From Myxococcales bacterium (lineage in GTDB: Bacteria; Myxococcota_A; Polyangia; Haliangiales; Haliangiaceae): 64,000 nucleotides of DNA. The notes beneath the pieces were generated by a model, which was not told the origin of the DNA, did not search any database, and saw only the letters and a program-made list of their open reading frames with translations. The stretch covers positions 3,155 through 67,154 of the forward strand of contig JAQBQE010000008.1 in NCBI GenBank assembly GCA_028287135.1, in the 5' to 3' direction. The first letter of the stretch is position 1, and each line of letters starts with the position of its first letter. This document shows positions 51,253 to 60,949 of the stretch, piece by piece. The position numbers were made by a program, and so were the translations under genes.

Positions 51253-52326
51253 CTAGCGCGGCTCGGTCGCTGCGCGGTGAAAAAATTCGTCGACGGCCGC
51301 GAGCAGCTGGCTGTTGCCGTCCTGGCGATACGTCGCGAGCTTGCGAGCGCACTCGGGCGTTCGCTCGAGGAACCGCGGGATCACACCCGGATCATCGAGA
51401 TCCGCGGCAAACATCCCGTAGCCCTCGCGCTCGAGATACTTCGCGTTGAGGAGCTGCTCGAACTGACCCGCGAGCGGGACGGCGAGCATCGGCTTGCCGA
51501 GGAAGACCGCCTCGCCCATCAACGTGAAGCCACCGCCGGCGATCACCGCGCGACACGTCGCGAGGTCGGTGATGAAGCGATCCTCGCTGAACGGCATGAA
51601 GTGGAGGTTGCCGTCGTGGACCTCCTCGGTGAGCCCCGCGCGCATCCCGTAGATCCGGCACTCGATCCCGGTCGCGGCGAGCGCCGCCTGGAGGACCTCG
51701 TTCGCACCCGATTGGTAGACCAGCAGGTGCTCGCCCGGGCCTGGCTTCGCCGCGAGGATCTCGGGGCGAAGGATCGGCGGGAACAGATAGGTGTCTGGCT
51801 TGCGCGTCGGCGGGCGGAAGAACGAGGTGATGTAGTACGCGTCGCACGTCGGCAGCTTCGTCTTGACGAACGCCTTCGTCAGCTGGAACGCGACCTCGTT
51901 GCCGTCGACGATCTCCGCGGGCAGCTCGCAGCGATGGATCACCTGCATGTTGTCGATCGAGAGGATCGGCAGCCGGTGATTGCGCCCGTAGAAGTACGAC
52001 CACGACTCGAAGTCACTGATCACGACCTCGGGCTCGAAGTCCCCGATCAGCTCGAAGTACGCCGCGATGTTGCGCGGCACACCCAGCGCGCCGTTGAGCA
52101 CGTTCGACCACAACGTCTTGCCCTTCCGCACGCGATTCTCCTCGAGGATCATGTGCAGCCCGTGGATCGTGTTGACGCCCTCGAACCGCTTACCGAGGAA
52201 GCTCGCGGCCCGGCCTGACGCCATGATCTCGACGACGTGACCCTGGGCGATCAGGTGTTCGATCACGACGCGCGAGCGCATCGCGTGCCCCATTCCCTCG
52301 CCGGTCACACCGTAGAGAACCTTCAT
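51253..52326 (-). CDS. glycosyltransferase (GT-B, MJ1255/UDP-glycosyltransferase-like)
   Basis: MKVLYGVTGEGMGHAMRSRVVIEHL N-terminal motif. C-terminal GGFTLMGEAVFLGKPMLAVPLAGQFEQ. Confidence 0.85.
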   Translation of the reverse strand: MKVLYGVTGEGMGHAMRSRVVIEHLIAQGHVVEIMASGRAASFLGKRFEGVNTIHGLHMILEENRVRKGKTLWSNVLNGALGVPRNIAAYFELIGDFEPEVVISDFESWSYFYGRNHRLPILSIDNMQVIHRCELPAEIVDGNEVAFQLTKAFVKTKLPTCDAYYITSFFRPPTRKPDTYLFPPILRPEILAAKPGPGEHLLVYQSGANEVLQAALAATGIECRIYGMRAGLTEEVHDGNLHFMPFSEDRFITDLATCRAVIAGGGFTLMGEAVFLGKPMLAVPLAGQFEQLLNAKYLEREGYGMFAADLDDPGVIPRFLERTPECARKLATYRQDGNSQLLAAVDEFFHRAATEPR

Positions 52327-52346
52327 GTGCAGGCATACTACCGAGC

Positions 52347-53201
52347 GTGCGACATCGCGTGTGGTGCGAGACGCTGTCCTTCGACGAGCTGATGCAGCCG
52401 TCGGTGGTCGGCCTGCTCGCGCGGTTTCACGTCGATCTGCTGCTCGCGGTCAGGCCCTGGCAGCTCGCCGAGGTCGGGGACGCGGTGCGCGGCCTGCGCG
52501 ATGCGGGAGTGTTCGTCGCCGTCTGGCCGATGCTCGCCGACGTCGATGGCCGGTGGGCGAGTGCATCGTCGGCGCTCGCGTACGGTGCGTTCACCGACGA
52601 GCTGCTCGCACAGGTCGGGTTCGCCGACGAGCTCGCGATCGATCTCGAGCCGCCTCTCCACGACCTCGCACGCTGGAAGTCGGGGCGGCCGACGTGGCGG
52701 CAGACGCCCGCGCCGCACACCTATCGCACCGCCCGTGACTCGCTCGTCGGGACCGTCGAGCGGTGGCGCGCCGAGCACCGGGTGACCACCGCCGTGCTGC
52801 CGCTGCTCGCGCTCGAGTGGCGGGGGCAGTGGATGCAGCGCGCGCTCGGCACACCGGCGACCGAGCTCGCCGTCGACCGCCACAGCGTGATGGCGTACAC
52901 CTCGCTCTACGAGGGCTGGTCGCGCGGGCTCGTGAACCGCAGCCGTGCGGAGCGCTTGCTCGGGCTCACCGCTCGGCTGACCCGCTCGCGGTTCGGCGCG
53001 AAGGCCGCGATCTCGCTCGGCACGGTCGGGCCCGGCGCGTTCGGCGACGAGCCCGGGTATCGCGATCCGAGCGAGCTGCGTCGGGACGTGCAGCTCGTGC
53101 GAGCCGCCGGCATCGACGAGATCGCGCTGTTCGATCTCGGCGGCGTGATCCGCCGCGCGCCGGCGGAAGCCTGGCTCGAATCGCTGTGCGCTCCGGCCTA
53201 G
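52347..53201 (+). CDS. hypothetical protein
   Basis: GTG start 20 nt from the divergent glycosyltransferase start. Consistent codon bias. No family recognised. Confidence 0.6.
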   Translation: MRHRVWCETLSFDELMQPSVVGLLARFHVDLLLAVRPWQLAEVGDAVRGLRDAGVFVAVWPMLADVDGRWASASSALAYGAFTDELLAQVGFADELAIDLEPPLHDLARWKSGRPTWRQTPAPHTYRTARDSLVGTVERWRAEHRVTTAVLPLLALEWRGQWMQRALGTPATELAVDRHSVMAYTSLYEGWSRGLVNRSRAERLLGLTARLTRSRFGAKAAISLGTVGPGAFGDEPGYRDPSELRRDVQLVRAAGIDEIALFDLGGVIRRAPAEAWLESLCAPA

Positions 53202-53848
53202 CGCCAGGTCTGTTCGAGCCGGGGCTTCGCGACGAGGCTGCGGTCCGCGCCGCTCTCCCAGATCAGGTTTCCATCGGCGGTGCGCCGGAGAAACTTGAAC
53301 GGGACCTTGGTTTCGGGCGCGACCTTGATCGTGGCGAGCCACTCGTCGCCGGTGCGGGACATCGGCCGGGCGCGCTCGGGATCCCAGTCGCCGAGCTCGG
53401 GAAACGCGCCGCACACGAGGATCTCCTCGCCATCGGCGACCTCGACCCCGGTCAGCACGATCGTGGTCTCGACGACGTCGGCCTCGCTCGCCGGTCCCGC
53501 GACGGTCGTGGGCTCCGCGGACGAGGCCGTGGTCGGAGCAGCGGGTTCTGCAGCCGTCGGGGCGGCGGCGGTCGCGGGCTCGCTGTGCTTCGGGGTTGCT
53601 GGCTCGGCGGCCCGGTTCTTCGCCGGCGCGGCCTCGACCAGGGCGTCGAGCCGCGCGAGCACGGGGTCGAGGCGATCGCCGACCGCGACGAGCGCAGTCC
53701 GCCACGCCTTCACCTCCGACACCTCGTAGGTGGGCTTCTCGGCAAGCTCGGCGCGCTCGCATGCGAGCTCGAACATCGACTGGGCCGAGTAGTAGTCGTA
53801 TCGCAGGCGAAGCGCCGCGATCAGATCATCGGTCGAGAGCGTCATCAT
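53198..53848 (-). CDS. CBM20 (starch-binding) domain protein without catalytic domain
   Basis: C-terminus LVCGAFPELGDWDPERARPMSRTGDEWLATIKVAPETKVPFKFLRRTADGNLIWESGADR matches the CBM20 pattern. Helical N-terminal domain and Ala/Pro/Thr linker. Confidence 0.75.
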   Translation of the reverse strand: MMTLSTDDLIAALRLRYDYYSAQSMFELACERAELAEKPTYEVSEVKAWRTALVAVGDRLDPVLARLDALVEAAPAKNRAAEPATPKHSEPATAAAPTAAEPAAPTTASSAEPTTVAGPASEADVVETTIVLTGVEVADGEEILVCGAFPELGDWDPERARPMSRTGDEWLATIKVAPETKVPFKFLRRTADGNLIWESGADRSLVAKPRLEQTWR

Positions 53849-53942
53849 CCCCTCCTGGTCTCAGGCCGCAGGCTAGTCGATCCACAGGGCCCCAGGCGAT
53901 GGATCTTGGGCACTCGGCGCCGGTTCGAGATATCCTGGATGC

Positions 53943-55016
53943 GTGCGCGGCTCCGCTCGCTACCTGACTCCGGCGGGCGTGCTCGCCGCGGTCTGGCTCG
54001 CGGGAGGCTGCGGCCGGTTCGGCTTCGACCGCGAGAGTACCGATGCCCCGACCGCGGGCGCCGATGCGGGCAATGACGCTGGCGCCGATGCGTCGAGCTT
54101 TGTTCCCGATGTCGGAAACTGCCTCGTAGCGGAGCGCGGCCCGTTCGTCGACGTCGGCATGTTTCCGACGCAAGGTGGCGGCTTCGGGGTGTTCTCCGCC
54201 CCGCCCGACCTGCTCGTCGCCGACATGACCGGCGGCGTCCACAACCTCCGCTTCGACGGGAGCGCCTTCACCGAGGTGGGATCGCTGTCCAGCCTCGGCT
54301 GGGTCGAAGCGGTGTGGGGCGATGGGCAGTACGTCTACGTAGGTGCGCCCGGGACCGGCCTCGCCGTCATCGAGGTGGCGAGCGACGGGCGGTTGACGTT
54401 GCGGGCCCAGGACACGACGCAGCTCCGGGAAGCGCGGCGCGGCGCCGTCAGCAACGGTGTGATCTTCGTGCCGACTGGCCCGGCCGGGCTGTTTGCCGTG
54501 CGGTTCGATGGCACGTCGATCGCGCAGGTCGCACCCGCGCTGCCGACCGTGAGCTGGAGCTCGGGCGTGTGGGCACGCGGGTCGCGGGTCCTGTTCGGGG
54601 ACGGCGCCTCGTTTCGCGTGCTCGACTTCGATGGCACCTCGTTCACCGACGTCGTTCCTCCCGACGCACGCCACGGTGGATCGCGGGTGTGGAGCGACGG
54701 CGTGACGATCTTCGTCGCGAGCAACGCTGGGGCGACCGCCTACCGGGTCTCCGGTGCCACGCTCGTCGAGCTCGACACGTTCACGACCGCCGGGAACGCC
54801 CGCGACATCTGGAGCGACGGCACGCACGTGTTCGTCGCGGCAGAGGCCGGCGGCATCTACGCGCTCGCGTTCGAGGCCGACCAGTTCTCGCTGATTGATC
54901 AGATCAGCCCCGGCACCTCGGCCCTCGGCGTATTCGGCGATGGAACGTACATCTATGCGAATGACGCGACCGGCGGCGTCCACGCGTACGCCGGGTTCCG
55001 CTGCCAGAGCTGGTGA
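53943..55016 (+). CDS. beta-propeller repeat lipoprotein (LVIVD-like repeats)
   Basis: Lipobox WLAGGC. Six to seven repeats of the type W(S/G)DG..(V/I)(F/Y)VA...(A/G)G(L/I)...(F/D)DG. Confidence 0.65.
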   Translation: MRGSARYLTPAGVLAAVWLAGGCGRFGFDRESTDAPTAGADAGNDAGADASSFVPDVGNCLVAERGPFVDVGMFPTQGGGFGVFSAPPDLLVADMTGGVHNLRFDGSAFTEVGSLSSLGWVEAVWGDGQYVYVGAPGTGLAVIEVASDGRLTLRAQDTTQLREARRGAVSNGVIFVPTGPAGLFAVRFDGTSIAQVAPALPTVSWSSGVWARGSRVLFGDGASFRVLDFDGTSFTDVVPPDARHGGSRVWSDGVTIFVASNAGATAYRVSGATLVELDTFTTAGNARDIWSDGTHVFVAAEAGGIYALAFEADQFSLIDQISPGTSALGVFGDGTYIYANDATGGVHAYAGFRCQSW

Positions 55017-55099
55017 ATCAGCGCTCGCTTGCGGTCACGTAGATCGGACCACGTCGTCGTGCGTTGGTGATGGGTTGCCCCCCTCTTGAAGGAGCTCTC

Positions 55100-55789
55100 A
55101 TGACCTCGCTCGCTTTCTCGCGGTCCCACCGCAACCTCCGCACGATCGTGGTGTCCTTGCTGATCCTCGCCGGTCTGATCGCGCCCGCGATCGCCGACCG
55201 CGTGCAGGTCCAGGAGGTTCGCAAGCGTGCCCCGTCGGGCCCGGTGCGCCATGACACGAAGTTCCACAAGGTTCCCGGCAGCAAGCTGCAGATCCGCGCG
55301 ATCGAGTACGACGGCTCGACGAACGGCAAGCTCAAGGTCGAGATCAAGAACACCGACAAGACCGCGCACGCGTTCTCCGCAACCGGGCTCTACTTCGTGC
55401 CCGACGGAGATCCGGACTCCGCACCGCAGCGGCTCGGCGCGGTCGGCCCGATGCAGCTCGCGACCAGCGGCGCGGTCAAGGAGCTGAATCAGCTCGAGGT
55501 CGGCGCGGGCGCCACGGTCGAGGTCGCGCTGGACGTGTTCTGCATCGACTCGCATCGCGCGAGCCCGTCTCCGATCAACGTGTTCACCGTCGGTGCGAAG
55601 CGGATGCCGCGCGAGCTGGCGACCACGATCGAGAAGAGCGCGGACATCGCGGTCTCGAAGGCTCGCGAGGATGGCGAGTCAGCGCCGCGCCCCGCGGCGA
55701 AGGAGAGGATCCAGTCCGAGGTCTGGAAGTCGCGTGACGCGAAGTGGATCGAGCTCGACGGCGAAGGCACCCAGGAGGCCATGAAGTGA
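55100..55789 (+). CDS. secreted hypothetical protein
   Basis: RBS GAAGGAG, 6-7 nt upstream of ATG 55100. Signal peptide ...VVSLLILAGLIAPAIA. No family recognised. Confidence 0.65.
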   Translation: MTSLAFSRSHRNLRTIVVSLLILAGLIAPAIADRVQVQEVRKRAPSGPVRHDTKFHKVPGSKLQIRAIEYDGSTNGKLKVEIKNTDKTAHAFSATGLYFVPDGDPDSAPQRLGAVGPMQLATSGAVKELNQLEVGAGATVEVALDVFCIDSHRASPSPINVFTVGAKRMPRELATTIEKSADIAVSKAREDGESAPRPAAKERIQSEVWKSRDAKWIELDGEGTQEAMK

Positions 55790-55898
55790 CGCTCAGCGTG
55801 ATTGTCAGTCCGCGTCATCCCGTGATCCTGGGCGACGTGAGCTGATTCTCTCCACCGCATCGGATCGGGAGCACGGCGGCCGGGCCTACGCTCCGCCG

Positions 55899-56384
55899 AT
55901 GCCGAAGCCACTCCAGAAGATCACGCCCTCGCTGTGGTACGCCAAGGAGGCGGAGGAAGCCGCCCGCTTCTACGTCTCGATCTTTCCCGACTCTCGCATC
56001 GATCGCGTGACCGCGATGCCCGCCGAGTCGCCGAGCGGCCCGCCCGGATCGGTGACGGTCGTCGAGCTCACCCTGTTCGGCCAGTCCTTCATGGCGATGA
56101 GCGCCGGCCCGCTCGATCCGTTCAATCACGCGATCTCGTTCACCATCAACTGCGAGACGCAGGCCGAGATCGATCGGTACTGGAGTGCGCTCCTCGAGGG
56201 CGGCAAGCCCGAGCAGTGTGGCTGGCTGAGGGATCGTTACGGCGTGGCCTGGCAGATCGTGCCGACGGCGCTCGCCGACATGATGGCCGATCCCGACCGC
56301 AACAAGGCGCGGCGAGCCACCGAGGCGATGCTGAAGATGGTGAAGCTCGACATCGCCGCGCTGAAGGCCGCGTTCACCGGCTGA
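55899..56384 (+). CDS. VOC-superfamily protein (PhnB/3-demethylubiquinone-9 3-methyltransferase-like domain)
   Basis: ITPSLWYAKEAEEAARFYVSIFPDSRI...FMAMSAGP...FNHAISFTINCETQAEIDRYWSALLEGG...CGWLRDRYGVAWQIVP. Confidence 0.85.
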   Translation: MPKPLQKITPSLWYAKEAEEAARFYVSIFPDSRIDRVTAMPAESPSGPPGSVTVVELTLFGQSFMAMSAGPLDPFNHAISFTINCETQAEIDRYWSALLEGGKPEQCGWLRDRYGVAWQIVPTALADMMADPDRNKARRATEAMLKMVKLDIAALKAAFTG

Positions 56385-56419
56385 GCTCGAGAATCGTCGC
56401 CGTGCGGTTCCCGTGACGG

Positions 56420-56781
56420 CTAGTCCCGGATCGAATCGAACGCGCGCCCCCAGTACTCCTCGGGATCGTACGAGCGCATCTCCAGGATCCACCGGTGGAA
56501 CGCCGGGTAGTCCGCCGGCGCCGCGAGCATCGAGCGCAACATCGGATCGTCCGGTCCAGCGGCGCGGTCGGCTCGCCGATCGGCGCGGCGCTGAGATCCA
56601 CGACCGGCGCGGAGATCGCCGATCCGGATCCGGTGCGATCGAGGTGCGGCTCCTGCCGCGAGCACGACCACAGAGTCAACCCGATCAGGACGATCGTCGA
56701 TGGCTGCCCGCGCTTCGAGCTCACTGACGAAGCTTCGCAGAGATCTCGACCGCGGCGCAGCAGCACGCAGACCGGCTTCAT
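56420..56781 (-). pseudogene. small lipoprotein-like gene with a 1-nt frame switch near 56545-56560
   Basis: Upstream half: the frame of track ORF 56374..56781 (...TIVLIGLTLWSCSRQEPHLDRTGSGSAISAPVVDLSAAPIGEPTAPLDR) has about 90 percent codon-3 G/C. Downstream half: the frame of 56420..56671 (DDPMLRSMLAAPADYPAFHRWILEMRSYDPEEYWGRAFDSIRD*) has the bias. Each frame loses the bias on the other side of the switch. Confidence 0.4.
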
Positions 56782-56870
56782 GCGTGTGCGGACGAGCGCA
56801 ACGGCTCAGTCAAATCGCCCTCTCTGCACAGCACCTTGGCGGGTGCCGCACCGCGTCTCATGATGAGCCC

Positions 56871-57179
56871 ATGAACGCATCCATGAAGCAGTCCCCGGCC
56901 GCTCTCTCGACCCGCATGCTCGATGCCGTCGACCGTGCACACGCTCGCGCTGCGGCGGTGCTCCACAACGTTCGCAACTCGCTGCTGACCGCTCTCGAGC
57001 GCAAGATCGACGGCGCCGAACATCTCGCGAGCTCGGCGATCGAGCGTGCTCGCCATGGCGTGAAGCACGCCGACCACGTCAGCGCAGATGTCGTCAACCG
57101 CGCGCAAGGCGTCGTCGGTCAGGCGATCGAGAAGGCACGGCTCGCCCGCGCGTCGAAGCAGGACCACATCGTCTCGTAG
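56871..57179 (+). CDS. hypothetical helical protein (102 aa)
   Basis: Start MNASMKQSPAALS. Helical, Ala/Arg-rich. The upstream part of track ORF 56700..57179 is unlikely to be coding. Confidence 0.5.
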   Translation: MNASMKQSPAALSTRMLDAVDRAHARAAAVLHNVRNSLLTALERKIDGAEHLASSAIERARHGVKHADHVSADVVNRAQGVVGQAIEKARLARASKQDHIVS

Positions 57180-57271
57180 TCCCGGGAGCAGGTCCGCATG
57201 CGTCCTCACTCCGGCGGACCTCACGCTGCCGGCCGTGACAGGCAACGCTCGGACATGATTTGCTCCCCCTC

Positions 57272-58927
57272 ATGTCGACCTTGACGAGCTCCACTGCCTG
57301 GCTCGCGCTGCTGGCGCACCGGCCCACGATCGAGCAGGTGGCGATCCGCGACCTGATGGCCACCGACCCGCAGCGGTTTCGTTCGATGTCGCGCGAGGTC
57401 TGCGGTCTGTTCGTCGACTACTCGAAGCATCGCGCGACGCGCGAGACGCTTGGGCTGCTGATGGACCTGGCCAGGCAGCAGGATGTCGAAGGCTGGCGCG
57501 ACCGGATGTTCGCCGGCGACAAGGCGCTCAATGGCACCGAGCACCGCGCCGTCCTCCACGTCGCCCTTCGCAATCGAAGCGACCGGCCGATGTTCGTCGA
57601 CGGTGTCGACGTCATGCCTGCAGTGCGCGCGGTGTGGGCGAAGATGCGCGCGTTCACCGAGCGCGTCCGCAATCACGAGTGGCTCGGCCACACCGGCAAG
57701 ACGATCACCGACATCGTAAACATCGGGATCGGGGGCTCGGATCTCGGCCCGGTGATGGTGACCGAGGCACTGCGCCCGTACTGGAAGCACGGGATGAACG
57801 CCCACTTCGTGTCGAACGTCGACGGCACGCACGTCGCGGAGACGCTGAAGCGCGTCGACCCCGAGCGGACGCTGTTCATCGTCGCGAGCAAGACGTTCAC
57901 CACGCAGGAGACGCTGACCAACGCGACGACCGCGCGGACCTGGCTCCTCGATCGGCTGAAGGCGGGCACCGATGCGGTGGCCAAGCACTTCGTCGCCGTG
58001 TCGACCAACGCCAAGGCGGTCGCTGGGTTTGGCATCGACACCGCCAACATGTTCGAGTTCTGGGACTGGGTCGGTGGCCGGTACTCGCTGTGGAGCGCGA
58101 TCGGGCTCTCGATCGCGACGATCATCGGGATGGATAACTTCGAGGAGCTGCTCGCGGGCGCGCACGAGATGGACGAGCACTTCCGCACCGCGCCGCTCGC
58201 CGAGAACGTGCCCGTGATCCTCGCGATGCTCGGCGTCTGGTACAACAACTTCTTCGGCGCCGAGACCCACGCGATCCTGCCGTACGACCAGTACCTGCAC
58301 CGGTTCCCCGCCTACTTCCAGCAAGCCGACATGGAGTCGAACGGCAAGAGCGTGGACCGGCAGAACCAGCGGATCATCGACTACACGACCGGACCCGTGA
58401 TCTGGGGAGAGCCCGGCACCAACGGGCAGCATGCGTTCTATCAGCTGCTCCACCAGGGCACGCGCCTGGTCCCCTGTGACTTCATCGCCCCGGTCGAGAG
58501 CCACAACCCGATCGGCAAGCACCACCAGATCCTGCTCGCCAACTTCTTCGCGCAGACCGAAGCACTGATGGCCGGCAAGACCATCGAGCAGGCCCGCGCC
58601 GAGCTCGTCGCAGCGGGGACTCCGCCCGACGAGATCGACGCACTCGCCCAGCACAAGACGTTCACCGGCAACCGGCCGACGACCTCGATCATGATGCAGA
58701 AGGTCACCCCGAGGACGCTCGGCGCGCTGACCGCGATGTACGAGCACAAGATCTTCGTGCAGGGCATCGTGTGGAACATCTACAGCTTCGATCAGTGGGG
58801 CGTCGAGCTGGGCAAGCAGCTCGCGTCGAAGATCCTCCCGGAGCTCGACGGTCCGGGCGATGTGACGTCGCACGATCCGTCGACCAACGGCCTCATCAAC
58901 TTCTACAAGACGCATCGCCGAGCGTGA
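57272..58927 (+). CDS. pgi: glucose-6-phosphate isomerase
   Basis: Canonical PGI blocks: [74 protein letters not shown]. Start MSTLTSS. Confidence 0.95.
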   Translation: MSTLTSSTAWLALLAHRPTIEQVAIRDLMATDPQRFRSMSREVCGLFVDYSKHRATRETLGLLMDLARQQDVEGWRDRMFAGDKALNGTEHRAVLHVALRNRSDRPMFVDGVDVMPAVRAVWAKMRAFTERVRNHEWLGHTGKTITDIVNIGIGGSDLGPVMVTEALRPYWKHGMNAHFVSNVDGTHVAETLKRVDPERTLFIVASKTFTTQETLTNATTARTWLLDRLKAGTDAVAKHFVAVSTNAKAVAGFGIDTANMFEFWDWVGGRYSLWSAIGLSIATIIGMDNFEELLAGAHEMDEHFRTAPLAENVPVILAMLGVWYNNFFGAETHAILPYDQYLHRFPAYFQQADMESNGKSVDRQNQRIIDYTTGPVIWGEPGTNGQHAFYQLLHQGTRLVPCDFIAPVESHNPIGKHHQILLANFFAQTEALMAGKTIEQARAELVAAGTPPDEIDALAQHKTFTGNRPTTSIMMQKVTPRTLGALTAMYEHKIFVQGIVWNIYSFDQWGVELGKQLASKILPELDGPGDVTSHDPSTNGLINFYKTHRRA

Positions 58928-59004
58928 GCGACCGATCGCTCGCCGGATCGAGCAACACGTTCGGCTTCGACGGAAGGCGCGCCGCTGTCGATGGCGATCT
59001 TCTG

Positions 59005-59178
59005 CTAACGGTCGAGCGTCAACCGGTGCTTGCTGGCCAGCGCGTCGACCTCGGCGAGCGTTCCGCCCGAATACTCCGTGAGTCGTCCGGTGTCGAAGAA
59101 CTTCACCGACCAGGTCCGGCCGTTGTCGCCGCTCCGCGCTTCGATGCTCTTCTTGTCTCCGCTGTATTTTCGAATCAT
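59005..59178 (-). CDS. small hypothetical protein (57 aa)
   Basis: Reverse strand has AGGAG 6 nt upstream of ATG (complement of 59176-59178). MIRKYSGDKKSIEARSGDNGRTWSVKFFDTGRLTEYSGGTLAEVDALASKHRLTLDR*. The rest of track ORF 59005..59694 is a shadow. Confidence 0.5.
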   Translation of the reverse strand: MIRKYSGDKKSIEARSGDNGRTWSVKFFDTGRLTEYSGGTLAEVDALASKHRLTLDR

Positions 59179-59210
59179 CGGTACTCCTGTCTCCGATGCT
59201 ACGCCCGATC

Positions 59211-59924
59211 CTACCTGTACGTGGCTTGCTTGGAGATGAGGTCGCGCCATGCCGCGCTGGCTAGTAGCCGGGATGGATCGATGGACTCGAGCGCCACGCG
59301 CGCTGTCATGGCGTGCTCCCCGTCGACGCGCCAGCGAGGCGATGCTCGTGTGCTGCTGCGGTCCGCAGGCGCGCATTCCATCCGCGGCACCGTTCTCCAC
59401 CAGTTGACGAGCATCGTGACACGCGGCCATCGGCCCGGTCGTGCCGGCAACACGCCGTGAAGGAGCGGGCCCGGGAACATGGCAAACCGACCAGGCCGCG
59501 GGTGCACCGCGATCCCCGCCTTGGGTGCCGCTATCCGCGACGGTGTGGCGTCCAGGATGACGGTCGGCCCCCCGGCGTTGCTCAGGTAGAGGATCGTTGC
59601 GAGATCCGGAGACACGATCGAGCTCCGGATGCCTTCGTCGCGGTCGAAGTGGAACGGAAATCCCGTGTCGGTCGTCGTCGCACGGAACCACCATTCAGCG
59701 CCGATGAATGCGTGCCCCCCAGGCACGAACCTTCGCAGGTGCTGGATCACCTGCTCGAACAACAGTCGAGGTGGCGCGTCGAGCGAGTACCAGTGGGTTC
59801 CCCCATCGCTGATCGTGGGTCGCCGCGCCTGAGATTCGATGATCTGGGCCCTGAGCTCACCGATCACGTGCGCCGGGACGGCCCGGTCGATCGCTGATAT
59901 CCGCGATAGCTCGCTCGCGCCCAC
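59211..59924 (-). CDS. 2OG-Fe(II) oxygenase superfamily protein, prolyl-4-hydroxylase-like motif layout
   Basis: HFDRD (HxD), ILYLSNAGGPTVILD, distal His in FPGPLLHGV, basic residue block RVTMLVNWW. Order and spacing as in P4H-type enzymes. Confidence 0.7.
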   Translation of the reverse strand: MGASELSRISAIDRAVPAHVIGELRAQIIESQARRPTISDGGTHWYSLDAPPRLLFEQVIQHLRRFVPGGHAFIGAEWWFRATTTDTGFPFHFDRDEGIRSSIVSPDLATILYLSNAGGPTVILDATPSRIAAPKAGIAVHPRPGRFAMFPGPLLHGVLPARPGRWPRVTMLVNWWRTVPRMECAPADRSSTRASPRWRVDGEHAMTARVALESIDPSRLLASAAWRDLISKQATYR

Positions 59925-60005
59925 AGCCCGATTCTACATGCACGGCGAGCACGCCGCCGATGCGGACACGGTCTTGGCCGCACGGCGCACGGCGCTAGAA
60001 GCTGT

Positions 60006-60389
60006 TCAGCGGATCGCGACGAGGAGGCTCGATACCAACATGGTCATGGCGACCGGAGCCCAGATCATGCGTTCGAGCTTGTTGGGCGTGATCAGATTCA
60101 GCAACGTCGCGATCGCACTGAACGCCACGACTACCCAGATCGCGATCTTCGACGCTGCATACCAGGTGGGCAACAGCATCCCCGCACGCACCAGCGTGGC
60201 GCATGCCAGGCCGAGCAGGATCAGAGCCTGCAGGAGGGCCGCGATCCGCATCGGCCGAGGGAGTGTGCCCGGGAACTTCCCGGCCATCGCCGCATTCCCC
60301 CACGGTGCGCCGAGCGCGAGCGCGATCTGAAACGCAACGACCAGCGTGGAGGCCGACGCAAAGAGAACCGCCGGAACCGAGGAGCTCAT
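60006..60389 (-). CDS. integral membrane protein (4 TM), hypothetical
   Basis: Start MSSSVPAVLFASASTLVVAFQIALALG. Four hydrophobic segments. Confidence 0.6.
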   Translation of the reverse strand: MSSSVPAVLFASASTLVVAFQIALALGAPWGNAAMAGKFPGTLPRPMRIAALLQALILLGLACATLVRAGMLLPTWYAASKIAIWVVVAFSAIATLLNLITPNKLERMIWAPVAMTMLVSSLLVAIR

Positions 60390-60676
60390 TGGCACATTCA
60401 ACCTACTTCCATCTTGCGTCAGCGGACTCGTGGTCGGCGCCGGCAACCGTGGACTTCGCCCGGCGAGAACACGTGGCTCACCCTGCAGGGCGGCTGAGCC
60501 CCTCGACGGAGGAGCCGCTTCCAGGCGCACGCGCCAACGACGCCTGATGACCGTTCTGATTCCGCGGAAACAGCGCCGAATCGAGGCGTACCGTTCACGT
60601 TCAGGGGGGCCGGAGCACGTCCGATGACCAGGTCCGCTGATTGTCCACGTCCCGATCTGGTACCTTCGCCGCCCTC

Positions 60677-60823
60677 ATGAGCACACGTAAGTCCACCAAG
60701 CGCACCGCCGCCACGCCGAACCTCGACCCCGCCGCACTCGCCCAGCAGAAGATGTTCGAGCGCCTACGCCGACGCGCCGACCGCGCACTCCTCAAGCGGC
60801 GCCGCCAGAAGTCCGGGCAGTAG
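60677..60823 (+). CDS. small basic hypothetical protein (48 aa)
   Basis: MSTRKSTKRTAATPNLDPAALAQQKMFERLRRRADRALLKRRRQKSGQ*. Weak evidence only (ORF plus codon bias). Confidence 0.3.
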   Translation: MSTRKSTKRTAATPNLDPAALAQQKMFERLRRRADRALLKRRRQKSGQ

Positions 60824-60949
60824 CGGCGAGGGCCAAGCGCATCGGGCGACAGTTCGGCGAACGCTGGGATGCCGCCCGCCTTGGTCCGCTGTACGTCATG
60901 ACGACTCGCTGAAAACGTTTCAGCATCGAGCTCGAGCTGGGAGACAGCG

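Noticed and set aside
57221-58915. 564-aa reverse-strand ORF opposite pgi
   Set aside because: A shadow ORF. pgi on the + strand is unambiguous.
58926-58941. Hairpin GAGCGA-CCGA-TCGCTC just after the pgi stop, as a terminator
   Set aside because: Only 6 bp, with no following T-run. It is not distinguishable from chance palindromes in GC-rich DNA.
60908-60924. 7-bp hairpin GCTGAAA-ACG-TTTCAGC between convergent small genes, as a terminator or operator
   Set aside because: The stem is AT-rich and short, with a 3-nt loop and no U-tract on either strand. It is too weak to call.
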